Shown here one piece after another: positions 1 to 10,512 of a DNA stretch of 64,000 nt. The position numbers and the translations under genes are program-made. This DNA is from Myxococcales bacterium (GTDB lineage Bacteria > Myxococcota_A > Polyangia > Polyangiales > DASUME01), in assembly GCA_047601445.1 (NCBI GenBank), contig JASGJH010000001.1, forward strand, positions 2,688,001 to 2,752,000. The letters are read 5' to 3'. The notes below the pieces were generated by a model that was not told the DNA's origin, ran no database searches, and saw nothing but the letters and a program-made list of their open reading frames with translations. Numbering within the stretch: the stretch's first letter is position 1; the number at the start of each line of letters is the position of its first letter.

Positions 1-2
1 TC

Positions 3-1388
<1,386 letters not shown>

Positions 1389-1390
1389 TC

Positions 1391-1804
1391 GTGGCTGCGA
1401 CCCTCAAGCTCGAGGTCGCCACGCCCGATGGACTCGCGCTGACGACCGAAGCAGAGATGGTGACGGCTCCAAGCGTGAGCGGTGAGTTCGGCGTACTGCC
1501 GGGCCATCTCCCGCTGTTGGCCGCTACCCGTGCCGGTCTGCTCAAGTACCGCATCGGCGGCAAGGACGAGATCGCGGCCATCGGCCCCGGCTTCGTCGAA
1601 GCCTTGCCCGACAAGGTCCTGCTGCTGACCGACGCTTTCCTCAAGCCCGCCGCCATCAACCGCACCAAGGCCGAGGCCGACCTGGCCGACGCCGAGAAGG
1701 CGCTGGCGGACCTCAAGGGGCCCCACGCGGGCGGCGAGTACGAAGAACTGGCCCGGGCGCTCGATTGGGCGCGCGCGCGCGTCGACGCCAGCAAGACGGC
1801 CTGA
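1391..1804 (+). CDS. atpC: F1-ATP synthase subunit epsilon
   Basis: Follows atpD; LEVATPDG...GEFGVLPGHLP signature. Confidence 0.95.
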   Translation: MAATLKLEVATPDGLALTTEAEMVTAPSVSGEFGVLPGHLPLLAATRAGLLKYRIGGKDEIAAIGPGFVEALPDKVLLLTDAFLKPAAINRTKAEADLADAEKALADLKGPHAGGEYEELARALDWARARVDASKTA

Positions 1805-1825
1805 ACGGCGCTGCGAAGGCAACGG

Positions 1826-1863
1826 GCGAGGGCACTGCCGCAAGGTGGTGCCCTTCGCGTTTA
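1826..1863 (+). terminator. Probable intrinsic terminator of the atp operon
   Basis: Hairpin GGGCACTGCC-GCAA-GGTGGTGCCC followed by a short T run. Confidence 0.55.
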
Positions 1864-1952
1864 AGCCAACCACGGCTTCGCGGTCCGTCTACGCCGGACT
1901 TCGTGCGTTCACATTGTCGCGAGTGAACCGCTGAGACCGCTTGCCGCCGCGC

Positions 1953-3425
1953 TCATTCTGGGGTCGCGCAGTTGCGAAGGAGCCGGGTTCCGCTCGCAAA
2001 CTCCCGCATCACACGCGTGCATAGCCCTGACAGCTGCGCGTCTTCGTCCGGGACGAGACCGCCTTGCACCAAGTAGTAGTCGAACGCCCCCACCATGCCG
2101 ACGCGATCTACCGGAAGCCAACCGAGTTCGTGCGTAGCGATGTAGTAATTGACGGTGGGCTCGAACAGCCACGTCGCCGCGAGCTTCAGCGGTTGCCCCG
2201 CGGGAAGGTGCTGAAGCTCGGCCAGGGCAAAGACTGCTTCCCTCGTATCAGCGTCGTAGCGCCATACATGGAACGAGCGGAGGTTGAAGCTGAGCAGCGC
2301 CTGAATCACTACGGCCACGATCGTGACGACCTGCACCGCGTGTTGAAGATACCTTCCTGATGTGGACCACAGGTCATCGGCGAAATGCCCGAGCGACACG
2401 AAGAACACAGGGATCAAGAAGATCGCGGTGCGCCCGTGGAGGAAACGCGAGTCCAGGTAGTGATGCTGCAGCATGCTACACGCGGCGATTGTCAGCAGGA
2501 TCGCGGTCGGGATGAAGAGAGGCACGATGCGCCCGAACTCACGCCTCCACACGCGCAGCCCAATCAGGCCCCACTGCGCGATCACAGCCGTGGCGATGAG
2601 CCGCCTAAACAGGCGCAGCATCCACTTGGGCTGCGCGACGTCATAGCGCGTGGCGTCGACCAATGACCCCACAGTGTCAACCCAGAACCCGCGTTCGCCA
2701 CCGGCGTACAGCTCGCCAGCCTCCTTGAGCGCGAGACCTCGCGGCAGCGCCCAGCCGACGATCAGACCGCCCGCGGCAGCCAATGCCAACGAGCTCACCA
2801 CGGCGCGCTTAAGAGTGCGCTGCTGCGAACCACCGGACTGGAAGGGAGCCCAAAGGTTCACGGCGCAGAGCACCATAACGAGCGCGATGGCGAAGAGCAC
2901 AGCGCTCAGGTTGGCGAGCACGCCGAGACCGCTTAGCGCGACGGCCAAGAGGTCTCCCGAAAGTCGATCGTCCGCGACGCCGACTGGGCGAGTCGCCACA
3001 GTGAGGGCAGCCAACGAGAAAGCAACCATCAAGCCGTAGCCACGCGCCAGCGAGAAAAAGTCGAGCACGAAAGGATTTAGGTTGAGCAGCGCGAATACCG
3101 TCACCGCCAAGAGCCGCGAGCGAAAGCGCCCGACGAGGAACAGCGAAGCGACGAGGTAGACGAGGTGCGCCAATAGTGAATGAAAGCGCAACGCGAGTTC
3201 CGAAGTACCGAGCGTGAAACGCGCCACACGCATGGCCACCGAATTGAGGAAGTGGTGGTTCGCGCTCGCTGGCTGCAGGTTCCACAGGTCCTGCAGCGGC
3301 CGGTTGGTGAACCAGCTGTAGGAAAGGCTTTCGTCGTGAACGAACGACGTGGTCGCGGCTCTCACGGTGGTGTAACCCAGCAGCGCCAGGCAGGGGAGTG
3401 CCAGTATGCGAGTGGTACTTCGCAT
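1953..3425 (-). CDS. Polytopic membrane protein, probable GT-C fold glycosyltransferase (ArnT/PMT-like)
   Basis: Many hydrophobic segments; HDE motif after the first TM (SFVHDESLSY); ARGYGL motif. Start is uncertain (3425 or 3452). Confidence 0.6.
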   Translation of the reverse strand: MRSTTRILALPCLALLGYTTVRAATTSFVHDESLSYSWFTNRPLQDLWNLQPASANHHFLNSVAMRVARFTLGTSELALRFHSLLAHLVYLVASLFLVGRFRSRLLAVTVFALLNLNPFVLDFFSLARGYGLMVAFSLAALTVATRPVGVADDRLSGDLLAVALSGLGVLANLSAVLFAIALVMVLCAVNLWAPFQSGGSQQRTLKRAVVSSLALAAAGGLIVGWALPRGLALKEAGELYAGGERGFWVDTVGSLVDATRYDVAQPKWMLRLFRRLIATAVIAQWGLIGLRVWRREFGRIVPLFIPTAILLTIAACSMLQHHYLDSRFLHGRTAIFLIPVFFVSLGHFADDLWSTSGRYLQHAVQVVTIVAVVIQALLSFNLRSFHVWRYDADTREAVFALAELQHLPAGQPLKLAATWLFEPTVNYYIATHELGWLPVDRVGMVGAFDYYLVQGGLVPDEDAQLSGLCTRVMREFASGTRLLRNCATPE

Positions 3426-3525
3426 GTGAGCACCATTGGTGCCCACCTCCAATCCGTCAAGGGTGACCGCCTTAGCGATCTAGCCGCACCCAGCCTGAGT
3501 AGCGAGACGCTTCAACACGCGTGGC

Positions 3526-4749
3526 CTACGACGGCGGACGCGTCAGCTTCTTGCCGTTCTCTGCGCGCTTGCTGCGCTTCTTGGCCGCGCGCTTGGCCAG
3601 CGCACGCGAAAGCCGCGGCGGATTCACGAACGGCTCTTCGCCACGGGCGATGGCGGCTTCGTCGGCGGCTTTGGCCTCGTCGGCGCGCACGGGACGAATC
3701 TTCATGCTCTTGCCAGGGGGAGAAGGGTCGACCCAAAAGAAGCTGCGGTCGCGAACGTCCACATGGACGAAGCCCGCGCGCGTATACACGCCCACGCCGA
3801 TGAAGCCCTGTTGGCGGAAGAAGTCGGCCAGGTCTTCGTCCTCCACGCCGGGCAGCACGATATCGGCCGCCAAGCCGTGAGTGTGACGACTCGCGCCGCG
3901 GTCCCGCCGAATGCCGCTGACCAAGTTCACGAAGGGAGCTTCGAAGTGGCGGGTCGCCCGGTGGATGAGCCCCAGTAGGCGTTCGTTCACCGAGCTCGCG
4001 TCGCCGCCCCGAAAAGCCGCTCGCGCGACCTCGAGCTGCTCAGCGTCGAAGGGGCCGCCCTTGTCCTCCGGCACCAGCACCACGAAGGGCGTCGGTTCGC
4101 CCACCACCTGGAACACCAAGGCAGGCGTGCTGTCGCTCAAGTAGGTCTGATCGCTAGGAGCGGGCGCATGCCACTGCGCAATCAAGCCCTGATAGCTGGC
4201 GCTGACACCGCGCTTGATGGGCTTGGTGCGCTCGTCGTGGGAGTGTTTCTTCTTGGTGTCCTGCTTGGCGTGACGCGAGCGTCTGGAGCCGCGCGTCGAC
4301 TCGTCGGCGGGCGCGGGCTCCATGGCCTCCCATTCCTTGGTGATGGCCTCCTGCGCAGCCACATCGTCGCTGGTGTCGCTCGCCCACGCGGGTGCGGTGG
4401 GCCCCGCCTTCGCGGGCGTGTTGTTCGCCTTCGTCGGCGTATTGTTCGCCTTCGCGGGTGTGTTGTTCCCGGCCTTCGCTGGCGCGTTGTTTCCCGCCTT
4501 CGCTGGGGTGTCGCCCGCCTTCGCTGGCGCCTCGTCCACCGGAGCCGGCTCGTCCCGCCCTCCACCGGGCAGCGCGCGAAGGATCTCGTCCCAGTTGTCC
4601 TCCACCTCGGGCGGCAACGGCCGCGGATCCGCCAGAGCCGACAAAGGCAAGCCAGCGAGCCCCGCCAGCACGAGCCACCACGCGAACCGGCACCAGCGCG
4701 GGACGACCGCCTGCGAGCGCCGATCCTCGGATGCAACCCGTCGCATCAA
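3526..4749 (-). CDS. YcbK/DUF882 family (peptidase M15-like) protein with a low-complexity N-terminus
   Basis: SRHTHGLAADI (H-x6-D) and GFVHVDVR Zn-ligand motifs; signal-like N-terminus. Confidence 0.8.
   Translation of the reverse strand: MMRRVASEDRRSQAVVPRWCRFAWWLVLAGLAGLPLSALADPRPLPPEVEDNWDEILRALPGGGRDEPAPVDEAPAKAGDTPAKAGNNAPAKAGNNTPAKANNTPTKANNTPAKAGPTAPAWASDTSDDVAAQEAITKEWEAMEPAPADESTRGSRRSRHAKQDTKKKHSHDERTKPIKRGVSASYQGLIAQWHAPAPSDQTYLSDSTPALVFQVVGEPTPFVVLVPEDKGGPFDAEQLEVARAAFRGGDASSVNERLLGLIHRATRHFEAPFVNLVSGIRRDRGASRHTHGLAADIVLPGVEDEDLADFFRQQGFIGVGVYTRAGFVHVDVRDRSFFWVDPSPPGKSMKIRPVRADEAKAADEAAIARGEEPFVNPPRLSRALAKRAAKKRSKRAENGKKLTRPPS
4405..4530 (-). repeat. Six tandem 21-24 nt coding repeats (PAKAGDT/PAKAGNNA/PAKAGNNT/PAKANNT/PTKANNT/PAKAGPT)
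   Basis: Visible in both the DNA and the translation. Confidence 0.9.
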
Positions 4750-5207
4750 CGCGCGAGCTCCGGCAAGCGAACCTTCAGTTGCTTGAGCACACTCTCCAGC
4801 GTCAGGAGCTCCTCACGCACGATGCGCGCGCGCTGGCGAAAGGCCGGCGTATCGCCGCTCGCTGCGGCGTCCAGGGCTCGCTCCACGTTCTCGGCCACCA
4901 TCAAAAGGTGAGGATGGGCGTTGATGAACTTCTCGGGCGGCACCAATCGGCCCGCCATGTCCACGTAGCTCTCGGCCAGCGGGTGCGCGAAACGCGCGAA
5001 GTCCGGATCGCCGAAGTGGGTCTCGGTCCACAGCAGGAGACGACGCGACCCCTCGAGGAGCATGGCTAGCTCCGCGAGATAGAGGCGCGCACGACGCTGG
5101 TCCGGCTCGGCATGTGCCTTGGAAGTGAGCACCGTGCCGGCAGGTGCAACGAGGCCGAGCGAGAGGCCCAAGAGAAGGCCCGCGAACATCCACCCGCGCC
5201 TAGCCAT
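4746..5207 (-). CDS. Hypothetical exported helical protein
   Basis: Signal-peptide-like start MARRGWMFAGLLLGL; overlaps the rnc stop and the next gene's start. Confidence 0.75.
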   Translation of the reverse strand: MARRGWMFAGLLLGLSLGLVAPAGTVLTSKAHAEPDQRRARLYLAELAMLLEGSRRLLLWTETHFGDPDFARFAHPLAESYVDMAGRLVPPEKFINAHPHLLMVAENVERALDAAASGDTPAFRQRARIVREELLTLESVLKQLKVRLPELAR

Positions 5208-5901
5208 GATCGCCCTGGAGTCCGTCGAGCGCCATGCGGGCGGCCTCTTGCTCGGCTTCGATCTTGGAGCGGCCGCTGCCACGCCCTAGCTCGCGTTGAT
5301 CGCTCACGCAGGACACGTGGAACTGGCGCGCGTGGTCCGGCCCAGTGGTCTCCACCACCGTGTAGCGAGGCGTGCCGCCACCCTGGGATTGCACGACCTC
5401 TTGCACCCGCGTCTTGAAGTCGCGTTGCCCGAGCAGCGGGGTATCCACGCGCGGCTCGAGCAGTGCTCGCACGACCCGGCCCGCCTCGGCGGAGCCCCCA
5501 TCGAGGTAGACGGCCGCCACCACGGCCTCCAGGGCGCTGCACAGGAGCCGCGGCTTGGAGCGTCCCCCAGAGCGGTCCTCACCCTTCCCCAGCCTTAGCG
5601 AGGGGCCCAGGCCCAGCTCACGCGCGATGGCCGACAGCCCAGCCTCGCAGACCAGGTCGGCCCGACGGCGCGTGAGCTCCCCCTCGCTGGCGCCCGGAAA
5701 GCGCTCCCAGAGTAAGGTCGACGCGCAGAGGGAGATGACGGCGTCACCCAAGAACTCGAGACGCTCGTTGTCCTGCGGCGCCCGCTCCGGGTGTTCGTTC
5801 GCGAACGAACGGTGCGTGAGGGCGTCGCGCAGAAGCTCGAGGTTCTGAAACTGATAGCCGAGGGCGCGTGCCACGGCGTGAAAGTCAGGCTCCGGCGTCA
5901 T
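5200..5901 (-). CDS. rnc: Ribonuclease III
   Basis: NERLEFLGDAV signature and C-terminal dsRBD (SKIEAEQEAA). Start reassigned to ATG at 5901. Confidence 0.97.
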   Translation of the reverse strand: MTPEPDFHAVARALGYQFQNLELLRDALTHRSFANEHPERAPQDNERLEFLGDAVISLCASTLLWERFPGASEGELTRRRADLVCEAGLSAIARELGLGPSLRLGKGEDRSGGRSKPRLLCSALEAVVAAVYLDGGSAEAGRVVRALLEPRVDTPLLGQRDFKTRVQEVVQSQGGGTPRYTVVETTGPDHARQFHVSCVSDQRELGRGSGRSKIEAEQEAARMALDGLQGDHG

Positions 5902-6119
5902 CCAAGTTTCGGAAGCTAACACGGAGCCCGGATCAGGTCTCGTACGGGCCGGGGTCATCCAGCGAGTGACTGTGACCTCACTCCAAAGGTTCACCCGAGG
6001 GCGAAACCCGTGAGCCAGCCCACGCTCCTGCGGCAAAAACCACCGCCTACGGCCGTCTCAGTTGGAGTGGGCGGGTCCGCCCGCGAGCCGAAAAAGCGGA
6101 ACTCCAATGACTCGGAGGG

Positions 6120-7490
6120 CTATCCGAACTCTGCCCCTTGGTCGCCGGCGTCTTCGTCGGCGAGGTTGTCGAAGCGGGTGTACTGATTGAAGAAGCGCAC
6201 CCTGCACGTGCCCGTGGGGCCCGCGCGCTGCTTGCCGATGATGATCTCGGCGACGCCCGCGTCGAGGCTCTCCTTGTTGTAGACCTCGTCGCGGTACACG
6301 AACCAAATCGTGTCGGCGTCCTGCTCAATGGCGCCCGACTCACGCAAATCGCTGAGCTGCGGGCGCTTGTCCTTGTTGCCGCGCGACTCCACGCCGCGGT
6401 TGAGCTGCGACAGCGCGATGATCGGGATGCCGAGCTCCTTCGCCAGGCCCTTGAGCGACCGACTGATCTCGCTGATCTCTTGCTCGCGGCTGTCGTTCTT
6501 CGTCCCGGAGCGCATCAGCTGCAGGTAGTCGATGATGATCAGACCGAGCTTCTTCTCCTTGTCCTGGGTGGCCAGGCGCCGCGCCTTGCTGCGCAGCTCC
6601 ATCAAGGTGAGACCCGGTGTATCGTCGATGAAGATCGGCAAGTCGCTGAGGAGTCCCGCCGCCTGAGCCAGCTGCGGCCAGTCGTCGCGCGAGAGCTGGC
6701 CCGTGCGCATGCGGCTCGCGTCGACGCGGGCTTCACTGCAGAGCATGCGCTTGACGAGCTGGTCTTTGGGCATTTCGAGCGAGAAGATCGCCACCGTGCA
6801 GCGCTGTGCGTGGCACGCGTTGACCCCCACGTTCAGCGCGAACGAGGTCTTGCCCATGCCGGGACGGCCAGCGATGATGATCAAGTCACCGGGGTGCATG
6901 CCCGCGGTCCGACCGTCGACCGAAGAGAAGCCCGTGGGGAGGCCCGCGATGCGCTTGCCGGCCCGCGCGAGCTCGCTGATCTGCTGGAACGCCTGCACCA
7001 CAATCTGGCTGATGGCCACTACCGAGGAGCGCGTCTGCACGTTGGCCACGTCGAACACGGCCTTCTCGGCCTGATCGAGGAACTCGTCCGTGTCGCCGTA
7101 GTCCCCGTAGCCCTTGGCGGCGACGCCGTGGCACGCCGTGATCATGCGGCGCACCAGGGACTTTTCCTTGATGATGGAGGCGTGTGCCTTGATGTTCTCC
7201 AGCGCGGGGATGGTGTCCGTGAGGCCGAGCAGGTACTCATCGCCCCCCACCGACTGCAGCTTGTTCGAGCGCGACAGGTGCTCGCGCAGTGTCACGGTGT
7301 CCACGGGCACGCTCGCGCTGTGCATGGCGAGCACGGTCTCGTAGATGCGCGCGTGGCCTTCGCTGTAGAAGTCCTCCGTCTGGATGATCTCGAGCACCGA
7401 GTCGATCACGGAGTTCTGCAGCAAGATGCCGCCAAGAACGGCGCGCTCCGCCTCAAGCGAATGCGGTGGAATGCGCTCGATTGCTCCCAT
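6120..7490 (-). CDS. dnaB: Replicative DNA helicase
   Basis: PPHSLEAE, GRPGMGKT, IIDYLQLM and DLRESGAIEQDAD motifs. Confidence 0.99.
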   Translation of the reverse strand: MGAIERIPPHSLEAERAVLGGILLQNSVIDSVLEIIQTEDFYSEGHARIYETVLAMHSASVPVDTVTLREHLSRSNKLQSVGGDEYLLGLTDTIPALENIKAHASIIKEKSLVRRMITACHGVAAKGYGDYGDTDEFLDQAEKAVFDVANVQTRSSVVAISQIVVQAFQQISELARAGKRIAGLPTGFSSVDGRTAGMHPGDLIIIAGRPGMGKTSFALNVGVNACHAQRCTVAIFSLEMPKDQLVKRMLCSEARVDASRMRTGQLSRDDWPQLAQAAGLLSDLPIFIDDTPGLTLMELRSKARRLATQDKEKKLGLIIIDYLQLMRSGTKNDSREQEISEISRSLKGLAKELGIPIIALSQLNRGVESRGNKDKRPQLSDLRESGAIEQDADTIWFVYRDEVYNKESLDAGVAEIIIGKQRAGPTGTCRVRFFNQYTRFDNLADEDAGDQGAEFG

Positions 7491-7608
7491 CAACGGCCCC
7501 CGGAGCGAACGGTTCTGCCCGCGAAATGGGGCGCAGGCAAGGGTTTTCCAGTGCCCTTCATACGGAACGGGCGGAGCTCGTTGAGCCCCGCCCGCGCTTG
7601 TCAAAGGC

Positions 7609-7678
7609 TGTGGAAGAACCCCGTCTCACCTCGGATGAACTGGGGACAAACTCGCGGTTCATCCACAGCTCATCAACA
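7609..7678. promoter_or_regulatory. Cluster of DnaA-box-like 9-mers between rplI and dnaB
   Basis: TCTTCCACA (7609-7617, minus), TTGTCCCCA (7641-7649, minus), TCATCCACA (7659-7667), TCATCAACA (7670-7678), compared with consensus TTATCCACA. Confidence 0.65.
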
Positions 7679-7719
7679 GGCGGGATTGAGCGAACGCACG
7701 GTGCGACCGTGCGCTCTCC

Positions 7720-8169
7720 TTAGCTCTTCTTGACGACGACCTTGATCTTGGCGTCCACGCCGCTGCCGAGCTTGGCAACGATGCTGTGCTCGCCGAGTTC
7801 CTTGATGCCGTCGGTAACGAGGTCCTTCTTGGCGACCTCGTAGCCCTTGGCCTTGATGGCGTCGGCGATGTCCTTGGACGTCACCGAACCATACAGGCGA
7901 TCACCCTCGCCAGCCTGGCGCGTGATCTCGACCGTGATGCCCGACAGCTGGGTGGCGAGCGCGGTGGCGCTGGCCTTGAGCTTGGCGGCACGGCCGATGG
8001 CTTGCTTCTTCTGCTCCTCGACCTGACGGATGCTTCCGGCAGTCGCGAGGGCAGCTACGCCACGGGGGAGGAGGAAGTTGCGAGCATAACCGGCGCGCAC
8101 GCGAACGAGCTCGCCCGCCGTGCCGAGATGCTGAACGTCCTCACGAAGTACAACGCGAACGTGCGCCAT
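7720..8169 (-). CDS. rplI: 50S ribosomal protein L9
   Basis: GYARNFLLPRG and LYGSVT motifs. Confidence 0.98.
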   Translation of the reverse strand: MAHVRVVLREDVQHLGTAGELVRVRAGYARNFLLPRGVAALATAGSIRQVEEQKKQAIGRAAKLKASATALATQLSGITVEITRQAGEGDRLYGSVTSKDIADAIKAKGYEVAKKDLVTDGIKELGEHSIVAKLGSGVDAKIKVVVKKS

Positions 8170-8172
8170 GGC

Positions 8173-8478
8173 TCACCCCTTAACCGTGTAGGGCAGAAGG
8201 CCCAGGTTACGAGCGCGCTTGATCGCCGTGGTGAGGGCGCGCTGCTGCTTGGCGGTGAGACCGCTGATGCGACGCGGAGAGATCTTGCCGCGGTCCGTCA
8301 GGAAGTAACGGAGCTGCTGGGGATCCTTGTGGTCGAACTTGAAGCCCGCCTCGAGCGTGAACGCCGGAGGACGCTTCTTGCCCGAGCGCCGACGGCGTAG
8401 ACCGAGCGGGTCGTCGTTGCGGACGCGGCCGCCGCCGTCGCCGTCGTTGTCCTGCATATCGTCTTGCTGGTTGCTCAT
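8173..8478 (-). CDS. rpsR: 30S ribosomal protein S18 (Cys-free form, N-terminal extension)
   Basis: RGKISPRRISG...AIKRAR motif. Confidence 0.97.
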   Translation of the reverse strand: MSNQQDDMQDNDGDGGGRVRNDDPLGLRRRRSGKKRPPAFTLEAGFKFDHKDPQQLRYFLTDRGKISPRRISGLTAKQQRALTTAIKRARNLGLLPYTVKG

Positions 8479-9005
8479 GACTCACCTCGGCTCGCCGCGG
8501 GCTCCGCGTTCAGGTCAGGCACGTCGTCCACGTCTTCGGGGTCCAGGTCGTCTTCTTCACGCTGCTTGCGGAAGGCGGACGGCACGAGGCCCAGACGCTG
8601 CTCGAAGCTGAGCTCCTCTTCGGGCTCGGCGGGCAGCACGGGGGAGAACTTGATCTCCTCCGGATCCACGGCGACCTCTTCGGTGACGTGGGGGTTGAGC
8701 AGGTTGCTCTGGTAGCGCAGGACGCTATCGGCGATGCGCAGGTTGCGCTCGATCTCGGCCGTGACACCAGCGCGCGCGATGAACTTCACGTAGATGAAGA
8801 TGCCGCGCGTGTTCTTCCTGATGACGTAGGCGAGTTTGCGGCGACCCCAGTTGTCGAGCTTGAGCAACTTGCCCCCGAAGCTCGCAACGATCTCGGTCAC
8901 CTTGCCATTGATGCGCTCCGCTTCCGCGTTGTCGGAATTGGGAGCGAGGACGTACACGACTTCGTATTCGCGAAGCCTGTCCTTGGCTGCTTGTGCTGCT
9001 GACAT
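8475..9005 (-). CDS. rpsF: 30S ribosomal protein S6 with acidic C-terminal extension
   Basis: REYEVVYVL and WGRRKLAYVI motifs; SD GAGGAG before ATG 9005. Confidence 0.97.
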   Translation of the reverse strand: MSAAQAAKDRLREYEVVYVLAPNSDNAEAERINGKVTEIVASFGGKLLKLDNWGRRKLAYVIRKNTRGIFIYVKFIARAGVTAEIERNLRIADSVLRYQSNLLNPHVTEEVAVDPEEIKFSPVLPAEPEEELSFEQRLGLVPSAFRKQREEDDLDPEDVDDVPDLNAEPAASRGES

Positions 9006-9011
9006 GTCTGA

Positions 9012-9063
9012 CTCCTCTCGGACTAGACGGCGCAAGTCCCTGTTCGGGCCTGCGCGAGGAGAG
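9012..9063 (-). promoter_or_regulatory. Probable S6:S18 ribosomal protein leader
   Basis: On the minus strand CTCCTC pairs with the SD GAGGAG; the inner hairpin GCGCAGGCCC...GGGACTTGCGC is followed by an unpaired CCG. Confidence 0.55.
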
Positions 9064-9126
9064 CGAGTGCCGCACCATTGCGAGCTCTCGCTTCCACCAG
9101 GTTGGCGAGAGCCTTCCTGGTAACCT

Positions 9127-9696
9127 TCAGGAACGGGGCTTCTTGTCCCGCGCGTTGAAGGTGTTCATCGCTTGCGCGACGCCTTTGGCGAGGATGGTCT
9201 CCACGCCAAGGGCCGCAGCTTGTAGCACATCCCCGAGAACTGGCTTCTCGGAGGCCGAAAATTCCCCCAGGACATGGGATACGCCCTCCCCCCGAGGACG
9301 ACCGATCCCTACCCTCAGGCGGGGAAAGCCCTCTCCGCCGCAGTGCTGCATGATGGAGCGCAAACCGTTGTGTCCCGCCGCCCCGCCACCCTGCTTGAGT
9401 CGGCACTCTCCGAAGGGCACATCGAGCTCGTCGTGCACCACCAGCACGTCCTTGAGCTCCACTTTGAAGAACTGCATGGCCTGCTGCACCGACTCGCCGC
9501 TCAGATTCATGAAGGTCTGGGGCTTGAGCAAGGCCACGTCGGGGCTGGTGGATCGCGCGAAAACACCCGAGAATTTCTCGCGAAACGGGCCCGCCTTGAA
9601 GCGCTCGGCGAGCAGCTCCACGACCATGAACCCCACGTTGTGGCGGGTCGCCGCATACTTCTGACCGGGATTTCCGAGTCCCACCACGAGCAGCAC
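9127..9696 (-). CDS. pth: Peptidyl-tRNA hydrolase
   Basis: GLGNPG, TRHNVGF and GHNGLRS motifs; GTG start with GGAGG. Confidence 0.98.
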   Translation of the reverse strand: MLLVVGLGNPGQKYAATRHNVGFMVVELLAERFKAGPFREKFSGVFARSTSPDVALLKPQTFMNLSGESVQQAMQFFKVELKDVLVVHDELDVPFGECRLKQGGGAAGHNGLRSIMQHCGGEGFPRLRVGIGRPRGEGVSHVLGEFSASEKPVLGDVLQAAALGVETILAKGVAQAMNTFNARDKKPRS

Positions 9697-9804
9697 GGGC
9701 AGCCTCCGAGCGGCAGCGGGCACTCGTCCCGCGTACCCCATAAACACATACGGCTCGCGGCGTGAGGCCACGCGCGAGCCGCTTCAGGATGATGACAGAG
9801 GGGG

Positions 9805-10449
9805 TTACTTCTTGGCAGCCGGCTTGGCAGCCGGAGCGGCCGCAGCGGCCGGAGCAGCGGCGGCAGCGCCAGGAGCGGCCTCTTCCTCGGGCGCCACCTT
9901 GATCTCGGTGGAGCAGAGCACGACGGCGCGCTCGGCGGGCAGCACGATCTCGCCAGCCTCGAGCTTCACGTCCTTCACCTTGATGCTCTCCATCATGTCG
10001 AGGTTCTCGACATTGAGCACGATCTCGGCGGGGACCTTGTCGGGCGTGACGCGCACGGGCAGCGTGCGGAAGTGGACGCGCACGGCGCCACCCTTGACCA
10101 CGCCCTTGGCGCGACCGGTGGTCTTGAGCGGCACGTCGTAGACCGCCGCGCGATCGAGCGACACGCGGTAAAAGTCCGCGTGGCGGACGTCACGCGAGAG
10201 CGGGTGGACGTCGAGGTCGCGCACCACGGCGAGCTCCTTGGTGCCCCCGATGTCGAGCTCGATCAACTGGTTGCGACGGAACGCCGTAGTAAGGACCTTG
10301 GTGAGCGCCGCCGGATCCACCGCGAGCGCCTTCGTGTCACCGCCGGGCCCGTACAGCACCGCGGGGATCTTGCCCCCGAAACGGAGCTGACGTGCCGACC
10401 CCTTTCCGCGTCCAGTGCGGACCTCAGCCGGTAGCGTCTGCTTTTCCAT
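9805..10449 (-). CDS. rplY: 50S ribosomal protein L25/Ctc
   Basis: IPAVLYG and HADFY motifs; prs-rplY-pth synteny. Confidence 0.96.
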   Translation of the reverse strand: MEKQTLPAEVRTGRGKGSARQLRFGGKIPAVLYGPGGDTKALAVDPAALTKVLTTAFRRNQLIELDIGGTKELAVVRDLDVHPLSRDVRHADFYRVSLDRAAVYDVPLKTTGRAKGVVKGGAVRVHFRTLPVRVTPDKVPAEIVLNVENLDMMESIKVKDVKLEAGEIVLPAERAVVLCSTEIKVAPEEEAAPGAAAAAPAAAAAPAAKPAAKK

Positions 10450-10512
10450 GACTCGTTCCTTCTTTCTTTACGTTTGTCGAAGCGCGCCCTCGGGCGCGCG
10501 AGCAGAAAAGAT

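Noticed and set aside
7599..7700. DnaA-box cluster as the replication origin
   Set aside because: Few degenerate boxes, GC-rich context, no unwinding element and no dnaA/dnaN nearby.
6138..7733. Long antisense or alternative-frame ORFs (e.g. 6138-7733, 11615-13438, 17339-19645, 30696-32690, 35881-38292, 57618-59942)
   Set aside because: Shadows of well-supported genes, expected in high-GC DNA with few stop codons; no recognisable motifs.
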